Assembly: GCA_025869365.1 (NCBI GenBank)
Contig: JAOZVV010000002.1
Coordinates: forward strand, 11,495-75,494
Direction of reading: 5' to 3'
Source: Pseudonocardia sp.
GTDB taxonomy: Bacteria; Actinomycetota; Actinomycetes; Mycobacteriales; Pseudonocardiaceae
Length of the DNA: 64,000 nucleotides
Position numbers and translations under genes: made by a program. Each line of letters begins with the position of its first letter. Positions within the stretch are counted from its first letter, which is position 1. Under the pieces are notes generated by a model. The model was not told the origin of the DNA. It saw nothing but the letters and a program-made list of their open reading frames with translations, and searched no databases. Below are positions 35,981 through 45,768 of the stretch, piece after piece.

Positions 35981-36949
35981 ATGTCCAGCACCGTGCACGG
36001 GGTCGCGTGGGACGCCGGGGGGTTCTCGCTCGCCGGTGTCCCGGAGGCCGAGCGCGAGGAGCTGTGGGAGCACGTCGTCTCGGAGACCCACGTCGGGATG
36101 TCCCTGCGCTTCGCCGCGGACCGCCCGCGACGCCCCTTCCACGGCGCCGTCCGCCGGCGTCGCGTCGGTGACCTCTCCCTCGTCGACGCGGAGTGCGACC
36201 CGTGCGGAGGGACGCGGGGACGGTCCCGGATCGCCGGCTCGGAGGACGACCTCGTCGCGGTCCTGGTGACCCGCTCGGGTGGGGAGCTGCTGGCCCGGGG
36301 AGAGGCCCAGGCGGACCTGCGGCCCGGCAGCCTGCTGATCTGGGAGAGCCACCGGCCCGCCCGGTTCGCCGTCCGGGGGCGGTTCGCCAAGCGGACCCTG
36401 ATCGCCCGCCGCACCGCGCTCGACGAGGTGCTCGGCCGCGGCTGGTCCGTCGGGGAACGCATACCGTCCCCGGCCTCGCCCGCGGCCCGGATCCTCGTCG
36501 ACTACCTCGACGTCCTCGCGGGCGCGGACCCGCTCCCGCCCTCGGCCGCGGGCCCGGCCCGCAACGCCGCACTGGAGCTGTTCGCGGGGCTGATCCGCTC
36601 CGGGACGGACGAGCCCGCACCCGCTCCGGCCCCGGCGCTGCGCACCGCCATGGAGGCGTGGATCGACCGGAACCTGCAGAGCGGGGAGGTCACCCCGGCC
36701 GCCATCGCCGCGGCGCACGGGGTCTCGGTGCGCACGGTCTACCGGACGTTCGAACCCACCGGGGACACCGTCGGCGCGCTCGTCCGGGCCCGGCGGCTGG
36801 CGCGGGCCCGGGGCGAGCTGCGCGCGGGTGTCACGCCGATCTCGCTGATCGCGCGGCGCTGGGGGTTCGCGGACTCCAGCCACTTCTCCCGGGCGTTCAA
36901 GGCCAGGTACGGCCGCTCGCCGAGCGACTACCGCGCCGAGGTGGGCTGA
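35981..36949 (+). CDS. AraC family transcriptional regulator
   Basis: C-terminal HTH pair ...IAAAHGVSVRTVYRTF... / ...IARRWGFADSSHFSRAFKARYGRSPSDYR. Confidence 0.85.
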   Translation: MSSTVHGVAWDAGGFSLAGVPEAEREELWEHVVSETHVGMSLRFAADRPRRPFHGAVRRRRVGDLSLVDAECDPCGGTRGRSRIAGSEDDLVAVLVTRSGGELLARGEAQADLRPGSLLIWESHRPARFAVRGRFAKRTLIARRTALDEVLGRGWSVGERIPSPASPAARILVDYLDVLAGADPLPPSAAGPARNAALELFAGLIRSGTDEPAPAPAPALRTAMEAWIDRNLQSGEVTPAAIAAAHGVSVRTVYRTFEPTGDTVGALVRARRLARARGELRAGVTPISLIARRWGFADSSHFSRAFKARYGRSPSDYRAEVG

Positions 36950-37031
36950 GCGGGAAGCCGGCTGGCATGAACGGGCCGGTACGCGGCAGGGATGTGCATG
37001 CCGAGGGCCGCCGGACTCCGCAGGATCAAGA

Positions 37032-37045
37032 GTGACCCGGGTCAC
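37032..37045. promoter_or_regulatory. perfect 14-bp palindrome GTGACCCGGGTCAC, 24 nt upstream of the LLM gene start
   Basis: Seen directly in the sequence. It lies between the AraC stop and the LLM ATG. Confidence 0.3.
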
Positions 37046-37068
37046 CTCGACGATGCGGAGAGCCGAGC

Positions 37069-38316
37069 ATGAAATCGATCTTCTTCCACCTGATGCCCTA
37101 CCGGGACCTCCCGGCCGACTTCGAGGAGCGCTACGAGAGCATCTGGATCACCCCGCCGAACACCGAGCTCTGCGACCCGCGGAAGGTCGCGCAGTACTAC
37201 CAGTGGAACCTCGACGAGCTGGAGCTGGCGGACCGCCTCGGCTTCGACGGCGTCGGCGTCAACGAGCACCACCAGAACGGCTACGGCTTCATGGCCTCGC
37301 CGAACCTGATGGCCGCCGCGCTCGCCCGCCGGACCCCGAACAACTCGGCGATCATGGTGCTGGGCAACACGTTGGCGCTCTACGCGCCCGCGACCCGCGT
37401 CGCGGAGGAGTTCGCGATGCTGGACGTGCTGTCCAACGGGCGGCTCGCCGCGGGCTTCCCCGTCGGCACCTCCATGGACGTCAACTTCTGCTACGGCGTC
37501 CCGCCCACCCAGACCCGGCCGCGGTTCCGCGAGGCCGAGGAGCTGATCATCAAGGCGTGGACCCAGCAGGGCCCGTTCGCGTTCAACGGCCGCTACAACC
37601 AGCTTCGCTACGTCAACCCCTGGCCCCAGACCCTGCAGAAGCCGCACCCGCCCGTCTGGCTGGCCGGCGGCGGCTCCGTCGAGACGTGGGAGCTGGCCGC
37701 GAGCAAGAACTACACCTACAGCTACCTGAGCTTCTTCGGCGCGAAGTTCGGCAAGAAGCTCATGGACGGCTTCTGGGCCAAGATGGACGAGCTCGGCATC
37801 GACAGGAACCCGTTCCGGGCGGGGTTCGCGCAGCAGATCTGCGTCTCCGAGACCGACGAGCGGGCGGAGAAGGAGTACCTCGAGCACGTCACGTACTTCT
37901 TCAACAAGTGCCTGCACATCCCGCCGTACTTCTTCGAGGCGCCGGGCTACCGCACGCGGAAGTCGACCGAGTTCGCGATCAAGACCAACCAGCCCGGCGC
38001 GATCGCCGCGGCCGCCGCGCTGGAGAAGAACTGGAAGACCCTCAACGAGGAGGGCTTCATCATCGCGGGCAGCCCCTCGACCGTCGCGGACCGGCTGATC
38101 GAGGTCGCGAAGACGCTGCGGGTGGGCAACCTGCACGCGCTTCTGCAGATCGGCTCGATGCCGCACGAGCTGACCAAGAAGAACATCACGCTGTTCGCCG
38201 AGGAGGTCATGCCGCGGATCCGGCACGTGTGGGACGCCGAGGGGTGGACCCACGAGTGGTGGCCGAGCGGTGCGGCGAACCGCGCGGTGACCGAGCCGTC
38301 CGGCGCGCAGGCCTGA
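37069..38316 (+). CDS. luciferase-like (LLM class) flavin-dependent monooxygenase
   Basis: 415 aa. MKSIFFHLMPY...GFDGVGVNEHHQNGYGFMASPNLMAAALA... Confidence 0.9.
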   Translation: MKSIFFHLMPYRDLPADFEERYESIWITPPNTELCDPRKVAQYYQWNLDELELADRLGFDGVGVNEHHQNGYGFMASPNLMAAALARRTPNNSAIMVLGNTLALYAPATRVAEEFAMLDVLSNGRLAAGFPVGTSMDVNFCYGVPPTQTRPRFREAEELIIKAWTQQGPFAFNGRYNQLRYVNPWPQTLQKPHPPVWLAGGGSVETWELAASKNYTYSYLSFFGAKFGKKLMDGFWAKMDELGIDRNPFRAGFAQQICVSETDERAEKEYLEHVTYFFNKCLHIPPYFFEAPGYRTRKSTEFAIKTNQPGAIAAAAALEKNWKTLNEEGFIIAGSPSTVADRLIEVAKTLRVGNLHALLQIGSMPHELTKKNITLFAEEVMPRIRHVWDAEGWTHEWWPSGAANRAVTEPSGAQA

Positions 38317-38330
38317 GAGGGGTGGAGCAG

Positions 38331-39125
38331 ATGACCACGACACAGAGCCCCGTCGACGAGCGGATCGTCCAGGTCGGGCCCATCGCGGCGCGTGTCCTCG
38401 TCGCGGGGACCGGCGAGCCGCTGCTGTTCCTGCACGGTGCGGGCGGGCTGTTCTGGGACCCGTTCCTCGACGCGCTGGCACGCGAGCACACCGTGTACGC
38501 CGTCGAGCACCCCGGCGCGAACGTGTCCGAGGACCTCGACCACCTGCCCGGGATCTGGGAGCTCGTCCTGTTCTACGACGAGCTGCTGGACACCCTCGGG
38601 CTGGACTCCGTCCGCGTCGTCGGGCACTCGTTCGGCGGGATGGTCGCCGCGGAGCTGGCGGCCAACAGCCCGAAGCGGGTGTCGCGGCTGGTGCTGATCG
38701 CGCCGATCGGGTTCTGGCGCGAGGACCACCCGGTCCCGGACATCGCCGGGATCCCGCCGGAGACGCTGCCCGGGCTGGTCCTCGCGGATCCGGCGAGCCC
38801 GCTGGCCGCGATGCTGACCCCGCCCGCGGACGACCCGCAGGCGCTGTTCGAGGCGGCCATGCGGATGGCGAGTGTCCTGCACTTCATCTGGCCCATCCCG
38901 GACAAGGGCCTCGACCGGCGGATCCACCGGGTCTCGGCCCCGGTCCTGCTCGTGTGGGGTGAGCGGGACCGGCTCGTCGACCCGGTCTACGCCGAGGAGT
39001 TCACCTCCCGGCTGCGGGACTCCCGGCTCGTCACGATCCCGGACGCCGGGCACCTGCCCCAGCTCGAGCAGGGTGCCGCCGTGGTCGCGCCGGTGCTCGG
39101 CTTCCTGGCCGGAAAGGACAGCTGA
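38331..39125 (+). CDS. alpha/beta hydrolase
   Basis: C-terminal 264 aa of ORF 37032..39125. LLFLHGAGG, GHSFGG nucleophile elbow, ...DAGHLPQLE. Confidence 0.85.
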   Translation: MTTTQSPVDERIVQVGPIAARVLVAGTGEPLLFLHGAGGLFWDPFLDALAREHTVYAVEHPGANVSEDLDHLPGIWELVLFYDELLDTLGLDSVRVVGHSFGGMVAAELAANSPKRVSRLVLIAPIGFWREDHPVPDIAGIPPETLPGLVLADPASPLAAMLTPPADDPQALFEAAMRMASVLHFIWPIPDKGLDRRIHRVSAPVLLVWGERDRLVDPVYAEEFTSRLRDSRLVTIPDAGHLPQLEQGAAVVAPVLGFLAGKDS

Positions 39126-39126
39126 C

Positions 39127-40071
39127 ATGCCGTTGCACCCGCAGGTGGAGGCGCTGCTCGCCCAGATGGCCGCCGAGGGTGCCCCGGCGCCGGAGAGCCT
39201 GACCGTCGCGCAGAACCGCGCGATCCTCACGGACCTCGCCGCGCTGTCCGGCGAGCCCGAGGAGGTCGCCGAGGTCACGGACGTCGCGGCGCCCGGACCG
39301 GGCGGGGACATCCCGATCCGGGTCTACCGCCCGGCCGGTGACGGGCCCGGCGCGGGATCGGCCCGGCCCGCGCTCGTCTACTACCACGGCGGCGGCTGGG
39401 TGATCGGGGACATCGCCTCGCACGACGCGCTCTGCCGGCTCCTGGCCAACCGCTCCGGCTGCGTCGTCGCCTCCGTGGACTACCGGCTCGCGCCCGAGCA
39501 CCGGTTCCCCGCGGCCGTCGACGACGCGTACGCGGCCGCGGTCTGGGCGGCGGAGAAGATCGGCGAGTTCGGCGGCGACGGGTCCCGGCTCGCGGTCGGC
39601 GGGGACAGCGCGGGCGGGAACCTCGCCGCCGTGGTCGCGCAGCTGGCGAAGGCCCGTGGCGGCCCGCGGATCTCCTACCAGCTGCTCGTCTACCCCGCGA
39701 TCGACCGGCTCGACGACAGCCCGTCGATGCACGAGAACGCGCTCGGTCCGTTGCTGACGCGGTCGTGGATCGAGTGGTTCTACGGCTGCTACCTCACCTC
39801 CCCGGACGACGGCCTGGACACCCGGGTGTCCCCGGGCCGGGCGGAGGACCTCTCCGGGCTGCCGCCCGCGCTCGTCGTCACCGCGGAGTTCGACCCGATC
39901 CGCGACCAGGGGGCGGCGTACGCGGCCCGGCTGCGGGAGGCGGGCGTCGACGCGGAGCACCTGCCGTGCGCGGGCATGATCCACGGGTTCTTCCAGATGA
40001 CCGGGGTCCTGGACACGGCGACGGAGGTGGTGGACCACGCGGCCGCGGTGCTGCGCCGGGCGCTGGCGTAG
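39127..40071 (+). CDS. esterase/lipase, hormone-sensitive-lipase family
   Basis: ATG at aa 86 of ORF 38872..40071. HGGGW oxyanion motif, GDSAGG nucleophile, C-terminal ...MIHGF. Confidence 0.9.
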   Translation: MPLHPQVEALLAQMAAEGAPAPESLTVAQNRAILTDLAALSGEPEEVAEVTDVAAPGPGGDIPIRVYRPAGDGPGAGSARPALVYYHGGGWVIGDIASHDALCRLLANRSGCVVASVDYRLAPEHRFPAAVDDAYAAAVWAAEKIGEFGGDGSRLAVGGDSAGGNLAAVVAQLAKARGGPRISYQLLVYPAIDRLDDSPSMHENALGPLLTRSWIEWFYGCYLTSPDDGLDTRVSPGRAEDLSGLPPALVVTAEFDPIRDQGAAYAARLREAGVDAEHLPCAGMIHGFFQMTGVLDTATEVVDHAAAVLRRALA

Positions 40072-40078
40072 CGGAGCC

Positions 40079-42079
40079 CTAGTCGGGCACGGGCGGGCGG
40101 GACTCCGCGCGGACGTCCCGCCCGTCGCCGCTGTAGGCGCGGGCCTGCAGGCTGAACAGCTCCTCGTAGGTCCCGCGGGCCGCCATGAGCTCGTCGTGGG
40201 TGCCCTGCTCGACGAGCCGGCCCTGCTCCAGGACGACGATCCGGTCCGCGTGCCGGACGTTGGCGAGGCGGTGGGTGACCAGCACCGTGATCCGCCCCGC
40301 GTTCCCGGCCGACATCTCCTGCAGCGCCCGGAACACCGCGTGTTCCGCCCGGGCGTCCATCGCCGCCGTCGGCTCGTCCGCGACGACGAGCGGTGCGTCC
40401 CGGTAGAGCCCGCGCGCCACGCTCATCCGCTGCCACTGCCCGCCGGAGAGGTCCCGGCCCTCCTGGAAGGCGCGGGAGAGCACGGTCGCGAGGCCCGCGG
40501 GCAGCGCGGCCAGCACGGCGTCCGCGCCGGAGCGTGCCGTCGCGTCCGCGAACACGACGTCGTCCGGGTCGGGACGGTCCAGCCGGCCGATCCGGACGTT
40601 GTTCTCCGCGGTGATCGGCCAGCGCACCGGATCCTGCAGCACGACGGCGACCCGGTCGTGCAGCTCGCGGGCCGGGACGTCACCGGTCCGGACGCCGTTC
40701 CACGTCACGCTCCCCGTGTCCGGCAGGTACAGGCCCGTGATCAGCTTGGCGAGCGTGGACTTGCCCGAGCCGTTCTCGCCGACGAGCGCCACCACCTCGC
40801 CCCGGTGCAGGGTCAGGTCGATACCGGCGAGCGCGTCGGCCTCCTGGCCCGGGTACCGGAAGCCGACGTCGCGCAGCTCGATGGTCGACGGATCCCCGGC
40901 CAGCGACGCCGTCGCCGCGGGCCTGCTGCGGGTGCGTACGTCCGCGAGGCAGCGCTGGTGCAGGTCGATGTAGAACCCCGCCTCGAACAGCTGGTTCGAC
41001 GAGAAGACCGTGCTGGTGATGGCTGCCGTCGCGGTGCGCATCGCGATCACCGCCGTCCCCGCCAGCGGGAGCGGGAGGCCGCCCGCGTAGAGCAGCAGGC
41101 CCAGCGCCACGTAGCCGACGGCGATGCCGACGCCGGACAGGGCCCGGCCCGCCGTCGCGACGACGTTCCGCCGCCGGCCGAGCCGGACGGACTCGGCGGT
41201 GAGCTCGTCGGCGATCCGCCGGTGCTCGGCGAGCAGCACGTCCTGGGCCGTGAACGCGCGGACCTCGGCCGCGTTCTCCCGCCGCGCGATCAGTTCGCCG
41301 CTGACCTCCAGGCGTCGCATCCGCGACGTCATCCGGACGAACGAGCCGAACGACAGCTGTGCCTGCCGCACGCTCGCCCAGGCCTGCGGGACCGCGGCGA
41401 GCAGCACCGCCGGCGCCAGCACCGGGTGCAGCACCCCCGCGGTGACGACGGCGGCCACCACCGAGATCAGCGAGGAGACCAGGTCACCGGTGGTCCGGAC
41501 GCCCTGCCGGATCTTCATGGGGGTCTGCTGGGTCGCGCGGTCGATGAGCTGGGTGAGGTCCGCGTCGTCGAACGCGACGAGCTCCAGCTCGATCAGTGCG
41601 GCGTAGAGCTCCACCTGCGCCTGCCGCTCGACCAACGGCACCAGCGCCGCCTCGGCGGCACCGGACGCCGCGTCGAGCAGGCCCCGGCCGACCAGCGCCG
41701 CGACGACGACCGCGATCGACGGCAGTGCGGCGACGACCCGCTCCGGCGTGGGCCCCTCCGCCAGCAGGTCCGTGAACACGCTCGCGGTGGCCAACAGGCC
41801 GAACGCCGAGACGACGCCCGAGACGAGCCGGACGACCCCGGACAGCACCGTGAGCCGGCGGGACGAGCGCCAGGCCCAGCGCACCAGCGTGCCCGCGACC
41901 TGCGGCGCCCGCCGGGCGACGGTCCGGATCTTCGCGTTCGCGACCTGTTCGTAGCCCTCGGCCCAGTACGGGGTCTCCAGGTCGTCGACGCCGATCAGCG
42001 GGGTCTTCGGCGCGGAATCGTCCACCCGACGGAGTATGCGGGTTGCGGGACCGTTCCCCGTGGCGCGAAGGCCTCTCAC
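40079..42079 (-). CDS. ABC exporter, fused permease/ATPase
   Basis: N-terminal 6-TM domain. Walker A GENGSGKST, signature LSGGQWQR, Walker B LVVADEP. The start is uncertain. Confidence 0.9.
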   Translation of the reverse strand: MRGLRATGNGPATRILRRVDDSAPKTPLIGVDDLETPYWAEGYEQVANAKIRTVARRAPQVAGTLVRWAWRSSRRLTVLSGVVRLVSGVVSAFGLLATASVFTDLLAEGPTPERVVAALPSIAVVVAALVGRGLLDAASGAAEAALVPLVERQAQVELYAALIELELVAFDDADLTQLIDRATQQTPMKIRQGVRTTGDLVSSLISVVAAVVTAGVLHPVLAPAVLLAAVPQAWASVRQAQLSFGSFVRMTSRMRRLEVSGELIARRENAAEVRAFTAQDVLLAEHRRIADELTAESVRLGRRRNVVATAGRALSGVGIAVGYVALGLLLYAGGLPLPLAGTAVIAMRTATAAITSTVFSSNQLFEAGFYIDLHQRCLADVRTRSRPAATASLAGDPSTIELRDVGFRYPGQEADALAGIDLTLHRGEVVALVGENGSGKSTLAKLITGLYLPDTGSVTWNGVRTGDVPARELHDRVAVVLQDPVRWPITAENNVRIGRLDRPDPDDVVFADATARSGADAVLAALPAGLATVLSRAFQEGRDLSGGQWQRMSVARGLYRDAPLVVADEPTAAMDARAEHAVFRALQEMSAGNAGRITVLVTHRLANVRHADRIVVLEQGRLVEQGTHDELMAARGTYEELFSLQARAYSGDGRDVRAESRPPVPD

Positions 42080-42148
42080 CGGAGCACCGATGAGCTCGGC
42101 ACGGGGCCGGTCGTCCCTTCCTCCGTACCGACCCGGCTCGGACCGCGC

Positions 42149-42580
42149 TCAGATCGCGAAGAGCTGATCCGGGTCCGCGAACGCCTTGAACTCCAGGGCG
42201 TTCCCCGAGGGATCGAGGAGGAACATCGTGTGCTGCTCACCGGGCTCGCCCGCGAAGCGGACGTAGGGCTCGATCACGAACCGGGTTCCGACGCCTCGTA
42301 GCCGCTCGGCGAGCGCGGTGAACTCCGGGACGCCGAGGACGATCCCGAAGTGCGGCACCGGGACCTGGTGCCCGTCGACCGAGCTGTGACCGGCCGTCGC
42401 GGCGCCCGGGGTGTATCCCGGGACCTCGTGGGTCACGACCTGGTGGCCGTGGACGTCCCAGTCCGTCCAGCGTTCGGCCGAGCGGCCGCGGGCGAAGCCG
42501 AGGACCTCGCCGTAGAAGCGCCGGGCCTCGTCGATGTCCGCGACGGGGACGGCGAGGTGGAAGGGCGGCCGGTCGCTCAC
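42149..42580 (-). CDS. VOC/glyoxalase family protein
   Basis: GTG at aa 93 of ORF 42149..42856, in GTGA overlap with the upstream gene. [23 protein letters not shown]... Confidence 0.8.
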   Translation of the reverse strand: MSDRPPFHLAVPVADIDEARRFYGEVLGFARGRSAERWTDWDVHGHQVVTHEVPGYTPGAATAGHSSVDGHQVPVPHFGIVLGVPEFTALAERLRGVGTRFVIEPYVRFAGEPGEQHTMFLLDPSGNALEFKAFADPDQLFAI

Positions 42581-42786
42581 GCCGTGGGCCGCTCGAACGT
42601 GATGAGCAGGCCGTCGACGCCGCCCGGGCCGACGCGGCCCTTCACGTCCGCGCTGGTGATCGTCTTGAGCTGCCAGCCGTCGTCCGCCTCCTTGTTGAGC
42701 ACCTTCTCGAGCTTGTCGTCGGAGAGCTTGCCGCCCATCAGGCTCTCGCGGAGCTGGACCACCTTGTACTCGAATCGCCGTGCCAT
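42577..42786 (-). CDS. DUF4177-like small protein
   Basis: ATG at aa 20 of ORF 42577..42843. [43 protein letters not shown]... Confidence 0.65.
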   Translation of the reverse strand: MARRFEYKVVQLRESLMGGKLSDDKLEKVLNKEADDGWQLKTITSADVKGRVGPGGVDGLLITFERPTA

Positions 42787-42862
42787 GGGTTCGAGGATGC
42801 CAGGCGCGGACCGGACGTGGCGGGGTTCGTCCCGTGCCCTCACGATCCTGCGGCACCCCGGC

Positions 42863-44203
42863 TCACCCCGTGCACATCAGCACCGGGGGCGGTCGGCGGC
42901 GGGGTGTACGCCCGCGGTCGATCCAGGACGGCGGGACGAACTCCGGCAGCCCGCCGACCATCCGTACCTCCCAGCGGGAGTGGTGGACCAGCCTGTGGTG
43001 CACCGCGCAGAGCATGACCAGGTTGCCGAGCACGGTCTCCCCGCCGTGCTGCCATTCGTGCACGTGGTGGACCTCGCACCAGGAGGGCGGGCGGTCGCAG
43101 CCGCCGTCGCGGGTGGTGACCGCGCGGCGCAACCCGTTCGGGACGATGCGGTGACGGCGGCCGACATCGAGCGGGACGCCGGTGCTGTCGAGCACGACGG
43201 GGACGACCGTGGCGTCGCACGCGAGATGGCGGAGCGCCTCGGGGGTGAGCGTGCCGCCGAACTCCAGGGTGGCCGCGCGGCAGCGCCGCTCCAGGTCCTC
43301 CAGTCGCACGGTCACGACCAGCTGGGGACGGCGGCCGCCGGTCGTGGCCGGTCGCCCCCGCGAGAGCACCTGTCCGCACGCCTTGGCGAGGGCGTCGGCC
43401 TGGCGCTGCGGGATCGTGCGCTCGTCGTCCGCGTCCCGGGGGGCGGCACCGGCGTCGATGGTGGCGGCGATGGCGTCGAACATCGCGGCGTCGTCGAAGC
43501 GGCCGCTCAGCTTCCCGCCGGGCCGGTTGCCGAACCGGCTGATCCGCAACTCGTCGACCTGTGGTCGGGGGCCGTCGTCCGAGGGCTCCGGGCCGTCCTG
43601 GTCCAGGATCTCGATGAGCTGGGTGCCCCACGTGTGCAGTTCGGTGGGGGTGTAGATCGCGGCCTTCGCGGCGAGCCGTGCCTCGGCGCCCGCCCAGGTC
43701 TCGGGCGACAGACGTCGGGCGGGCCCGGTGTCCAGGACCCTCGCGATCACCTCGACGTGGCGCAGCCCGGCATCGCCGGACGCGAACACGCCTGCCGTGG
43801 CAGGCAGCCGGGCCGGGCGCTCGGCGCCGTCGAGGCTGATGGTGGGGCACACGGAGTCTGCGGCGACCACCCGGCGGCGGGCCTCGAACCGCTCCCAGCG
43901 GAGCAGGTCCGAGAGCGCCCCCGCGGAGGAGCGGTAGCCGCGCTCGGCGAACGTGCCGCGGCGCTGCAGGTCTGCCACGCCCTCGACCATCAACCGGTCC
44001 AGGCCTCGCCGGGCCTCCTCAGCGGCGCCGAGCATCGCGGCCACCGCGTCCGCCCCGGCGCCCGGACCGCTGACCGCGGCGAGCTGCGCGACCGCCTCGA
44101 CGAGGTGCACGCGCGCCACCTCGACCCTGCGCTCCTGCGCGGTGTCGACGGGGCTCCGGTCCATACCGCGATCATAGACGAACATATGTTCGAGCAACGG
44201 CAT
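42863..44203 (-). CDS. DUF222-type HNH endonuclease (REP13E12-like family)
   Basis: The N-terminal helical DUF222 region resembles this family. C-terminal HNH ...CDRPPSWCEVHHVHEWQHGGETVLGNLVMLCAVHHRLVH. The start is ambiguous among three Met codons. Confidence 0.85.
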   Translation of the reverse strand: MPLLEHMFVYDRGMDRSPVDTAQERRVEVARVHLVEAVAQLAAVSGPGAGADAVAAMLGAAEEARRGLDRLMVEGVADLQRRGTFAERGYRSSAGALSDLLRWERFEARRRVVAADSVCPTISLDGAERPARLPATAGVFASGDAGLRHVEVIARVLDTGPARRLSPETWAGAEARLAAKAAIYTPTELHTWGTQLIEILDQDGPEPSDDGPRPQVDELRISRFGNRPGGKLSGRFDDAAMFDAIAATIDAGAAPRDADDERTIPQRQADALAKACGQVLSRGRPATTGGRRPQLVVTVRLEDLERRCRAATLEFGGTLTPEALRHLACDATVVPVVLDSTGVPLDVGRRHRIVPNGLRRAVTTRDGGCDRPPSWCEVHHVHEWQHGGETVLGNLVMLCAVHHRLVHHSRWEVRMVGGLPEFVPPSWIDRGRTPRRRPPPVLMCTG

Positions 44204-44393
44204 ATCACCGCAGGTGAGCGGCCGCTCGGCGCATCGTCGATCAGGCGGCTCCGGCTCGGCTCCGAAGCTGCCGGGACCGGTCGTCGCTCTGCTTCACCGT
44301 TCCTCACGCCGGATACCGGCCGGCGCCTGAGGGGGTCGAGTGCCCGATCGATCATGTGCCGCTGCGAGAGATCGGCAACGCGTGGTCTTCCGC

Positions 44394-44891
44394 TCAGTCG
44401 GGCCCGCGGCGCCGGTACCACGGTCTCGCCGGCTCGTCGGGCACCGGCGGGCCGGGCGCGGGCCCCAGCGCCAGCTCCGAGGCCTGCTGGGCGAGGATCT
44501 CCAACTGCGCCGTGACGTCGGCATGGGCCGGGTCGAGCGCCGCCTGCTCCGCGATCGTCGCGGCCTGCGTGACCGCGGCGGAGAAGGAGATCCGGGTGTC
44601 GTCGAGGCGGCGGGCGATCCGCTTGGCCGGGGCCTCGCGGATCCGGAACCTGGCCGGCTCGATCGAGTCCCCGACCGTCGCGAGCCTGCGGACCGCGCCC
44701 AGCTCGCCGTCCAGCTGCCCGGCGATCGTGCCGAGCCAGTCGCGGGCGGGGCTCGGCGGGATCGCGGAGACGATCCGGCGGAAACGGGCGACCGAGTTCT
44801 CGCAGTCCGCGACGTAGCCGTTCCGGTACCGGGACAGGGGGACCGGGGGCGGGTCGGGCTGGGAACGCGGCACGGGGACAGGGTGCCTCAT
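44394..44891 (-). CDS. hypothetical protein (165 aa)
   Basis: C-terminal part of ORF 44394..45662. High GC3 in this frame, whereas the overlapping + frame is Arg/Gly/Asp junk. MRHPVPVPRSQPDPPPVPLSRYRNGYVADCENSVARFRRIV... No family recognised. Confidence 0.55.
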   Translation of the reverse strand: MRHPVPVPRSQPDPPPVPLSRYRNGYVADCENSVARFRRIVSAIPPSPARDWLGTIAGQLDGELGAVRRLATVGDSIEPARFRIREAPAKRIARRLDDTRISFSAAVTQAATIAEQAALDPAHADVTAQLEILAQQASELALGPAPGPPVPDEPARPWYRRRGPD

Positions 44892-44931
44892 GCCCGCCCG
44901 CCGGGACTCGGCGAGGCGGGAGGCCGAGGTC

Positions 44932-44953
44932 TCCTCGCCACCGGTGGCGAGGA
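44932..44953. promoter_or_regulatory. perfect 22-bp palindrome TCCTCGCCACC|GGTGGCGAGGA in a divergent promoter region
   Basis: Read directly from the sequence. It is centred in the 93-bp spacer between the two divergent hypothetical genes. Confidence 0.45.
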
Positions 44954-44984
44954 GAATCCGGCGTCCGCGATCCGAGGAGTCCCC

Positions 44985-45617
44985 ATGACCGACCCCTGGG
45001 CCGAGCTCGTCGACGGCCCGAGTCCCCGCGACCCGTTCGGTGACCTCGAGGAGATCGCGCGTCCCGCCTTCGAGGTACGCCTCGACGGCTCCGAGTTCAC
45101 CTGGGCCGAACACGCGTGGCGCGCGATCGGCGGCGCGGGGCTGCTCGCTGCCCGGAGCGAGACCGAGCGTGCGGTGACGGTGCTCCGGATGGTGGCGCTG
45201 AGCGTCTTCTACCGGGAGTTCGCGGCGCGGGCGTTCGGCGAGGGCGGGCCGGGGGAGTGGGAGATCGACCCCGACCTGGCCGTCGGTGACTACCCGCGGA
45301 TCCACCCGGTCCTGCTCGGCGCGCTGGCGGAGCGGCGGGGGATCTCGATCGACAGCGGGATCGACGAGGACTACGAGCACGGTGCCACGGCCGTGGCCCT
45401 GGACGGACTGGTGCGGTCCGAGTACCGGACCGTGGTCGACGTGGTGCGGCGGGCGGAGGCGAGGAACGTGGTGTGGGCGTCGCTCTGGAGAACGTCCGAA
45501 CCGGACGTCGTGTACCCCCTCGACGGCGCCGCCGTGACCGACGTCGACGACGCGGACATCACCGTGGAGATGCAGATGGCCCGAGTGTGGCTCGAGAGCG
45601 GCGCGGTGCTGCGCTGA
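44985..45617 (+). CDS. hypothetical protein (210 aa)
   Basis: ATG preceded by GAGGAG (44974..44979). High GC3. MTDPWAELVDGPSPRDPFGDLEEIARPAFEVRLDG... No family recognised. Confidence 0.6.
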   Translation: MTDPWAELVDGPSPRDPFGDLEEIARPAFEVRLDGSEFTWAEHAWRAIGGAGLLAARSETERAVTVLRMVALSVFYREFAARAFGEGGPGEWEIDPDLAVGDYPRIHPVLLGALAERRGISIDSGIDEDYEHGATAVALDGLVRSEYRTVVDVVRRAEARNVVWASLWRTSEPDVVYPLDGAAVTDVDDADITVEMQMARVWLESGAVLR

Positions 45618-45768
45618 CTGCTCCGTCCGGGCCCGGGACCGGCACGGAGTGTGCATCGCCACGTGATGGATCCATCAGTTCGGGTGATATGTCTCGTTCC
45701 CTGTGATGAGCATCGGGGGCGACCCGATAGGGCATACGGAAGGCGCGACGAGCACTCGGAGGAACGGC

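Noticed and set aside
37032-39125. A 697-aa ORF. ORFs 18983..20779 (598 aa), 6489..7745, 35073..36620 and 49306..51399 raise the same issue.
   Set aside because: In each case only the C-terminal segment matches a protein family. The N-terminal extension is an out-of-frame read-through of the upstream gene, made possible by the lack of stops in GC-rich DNA. Internal starts with an SD or stop/start overlaps were used instead.
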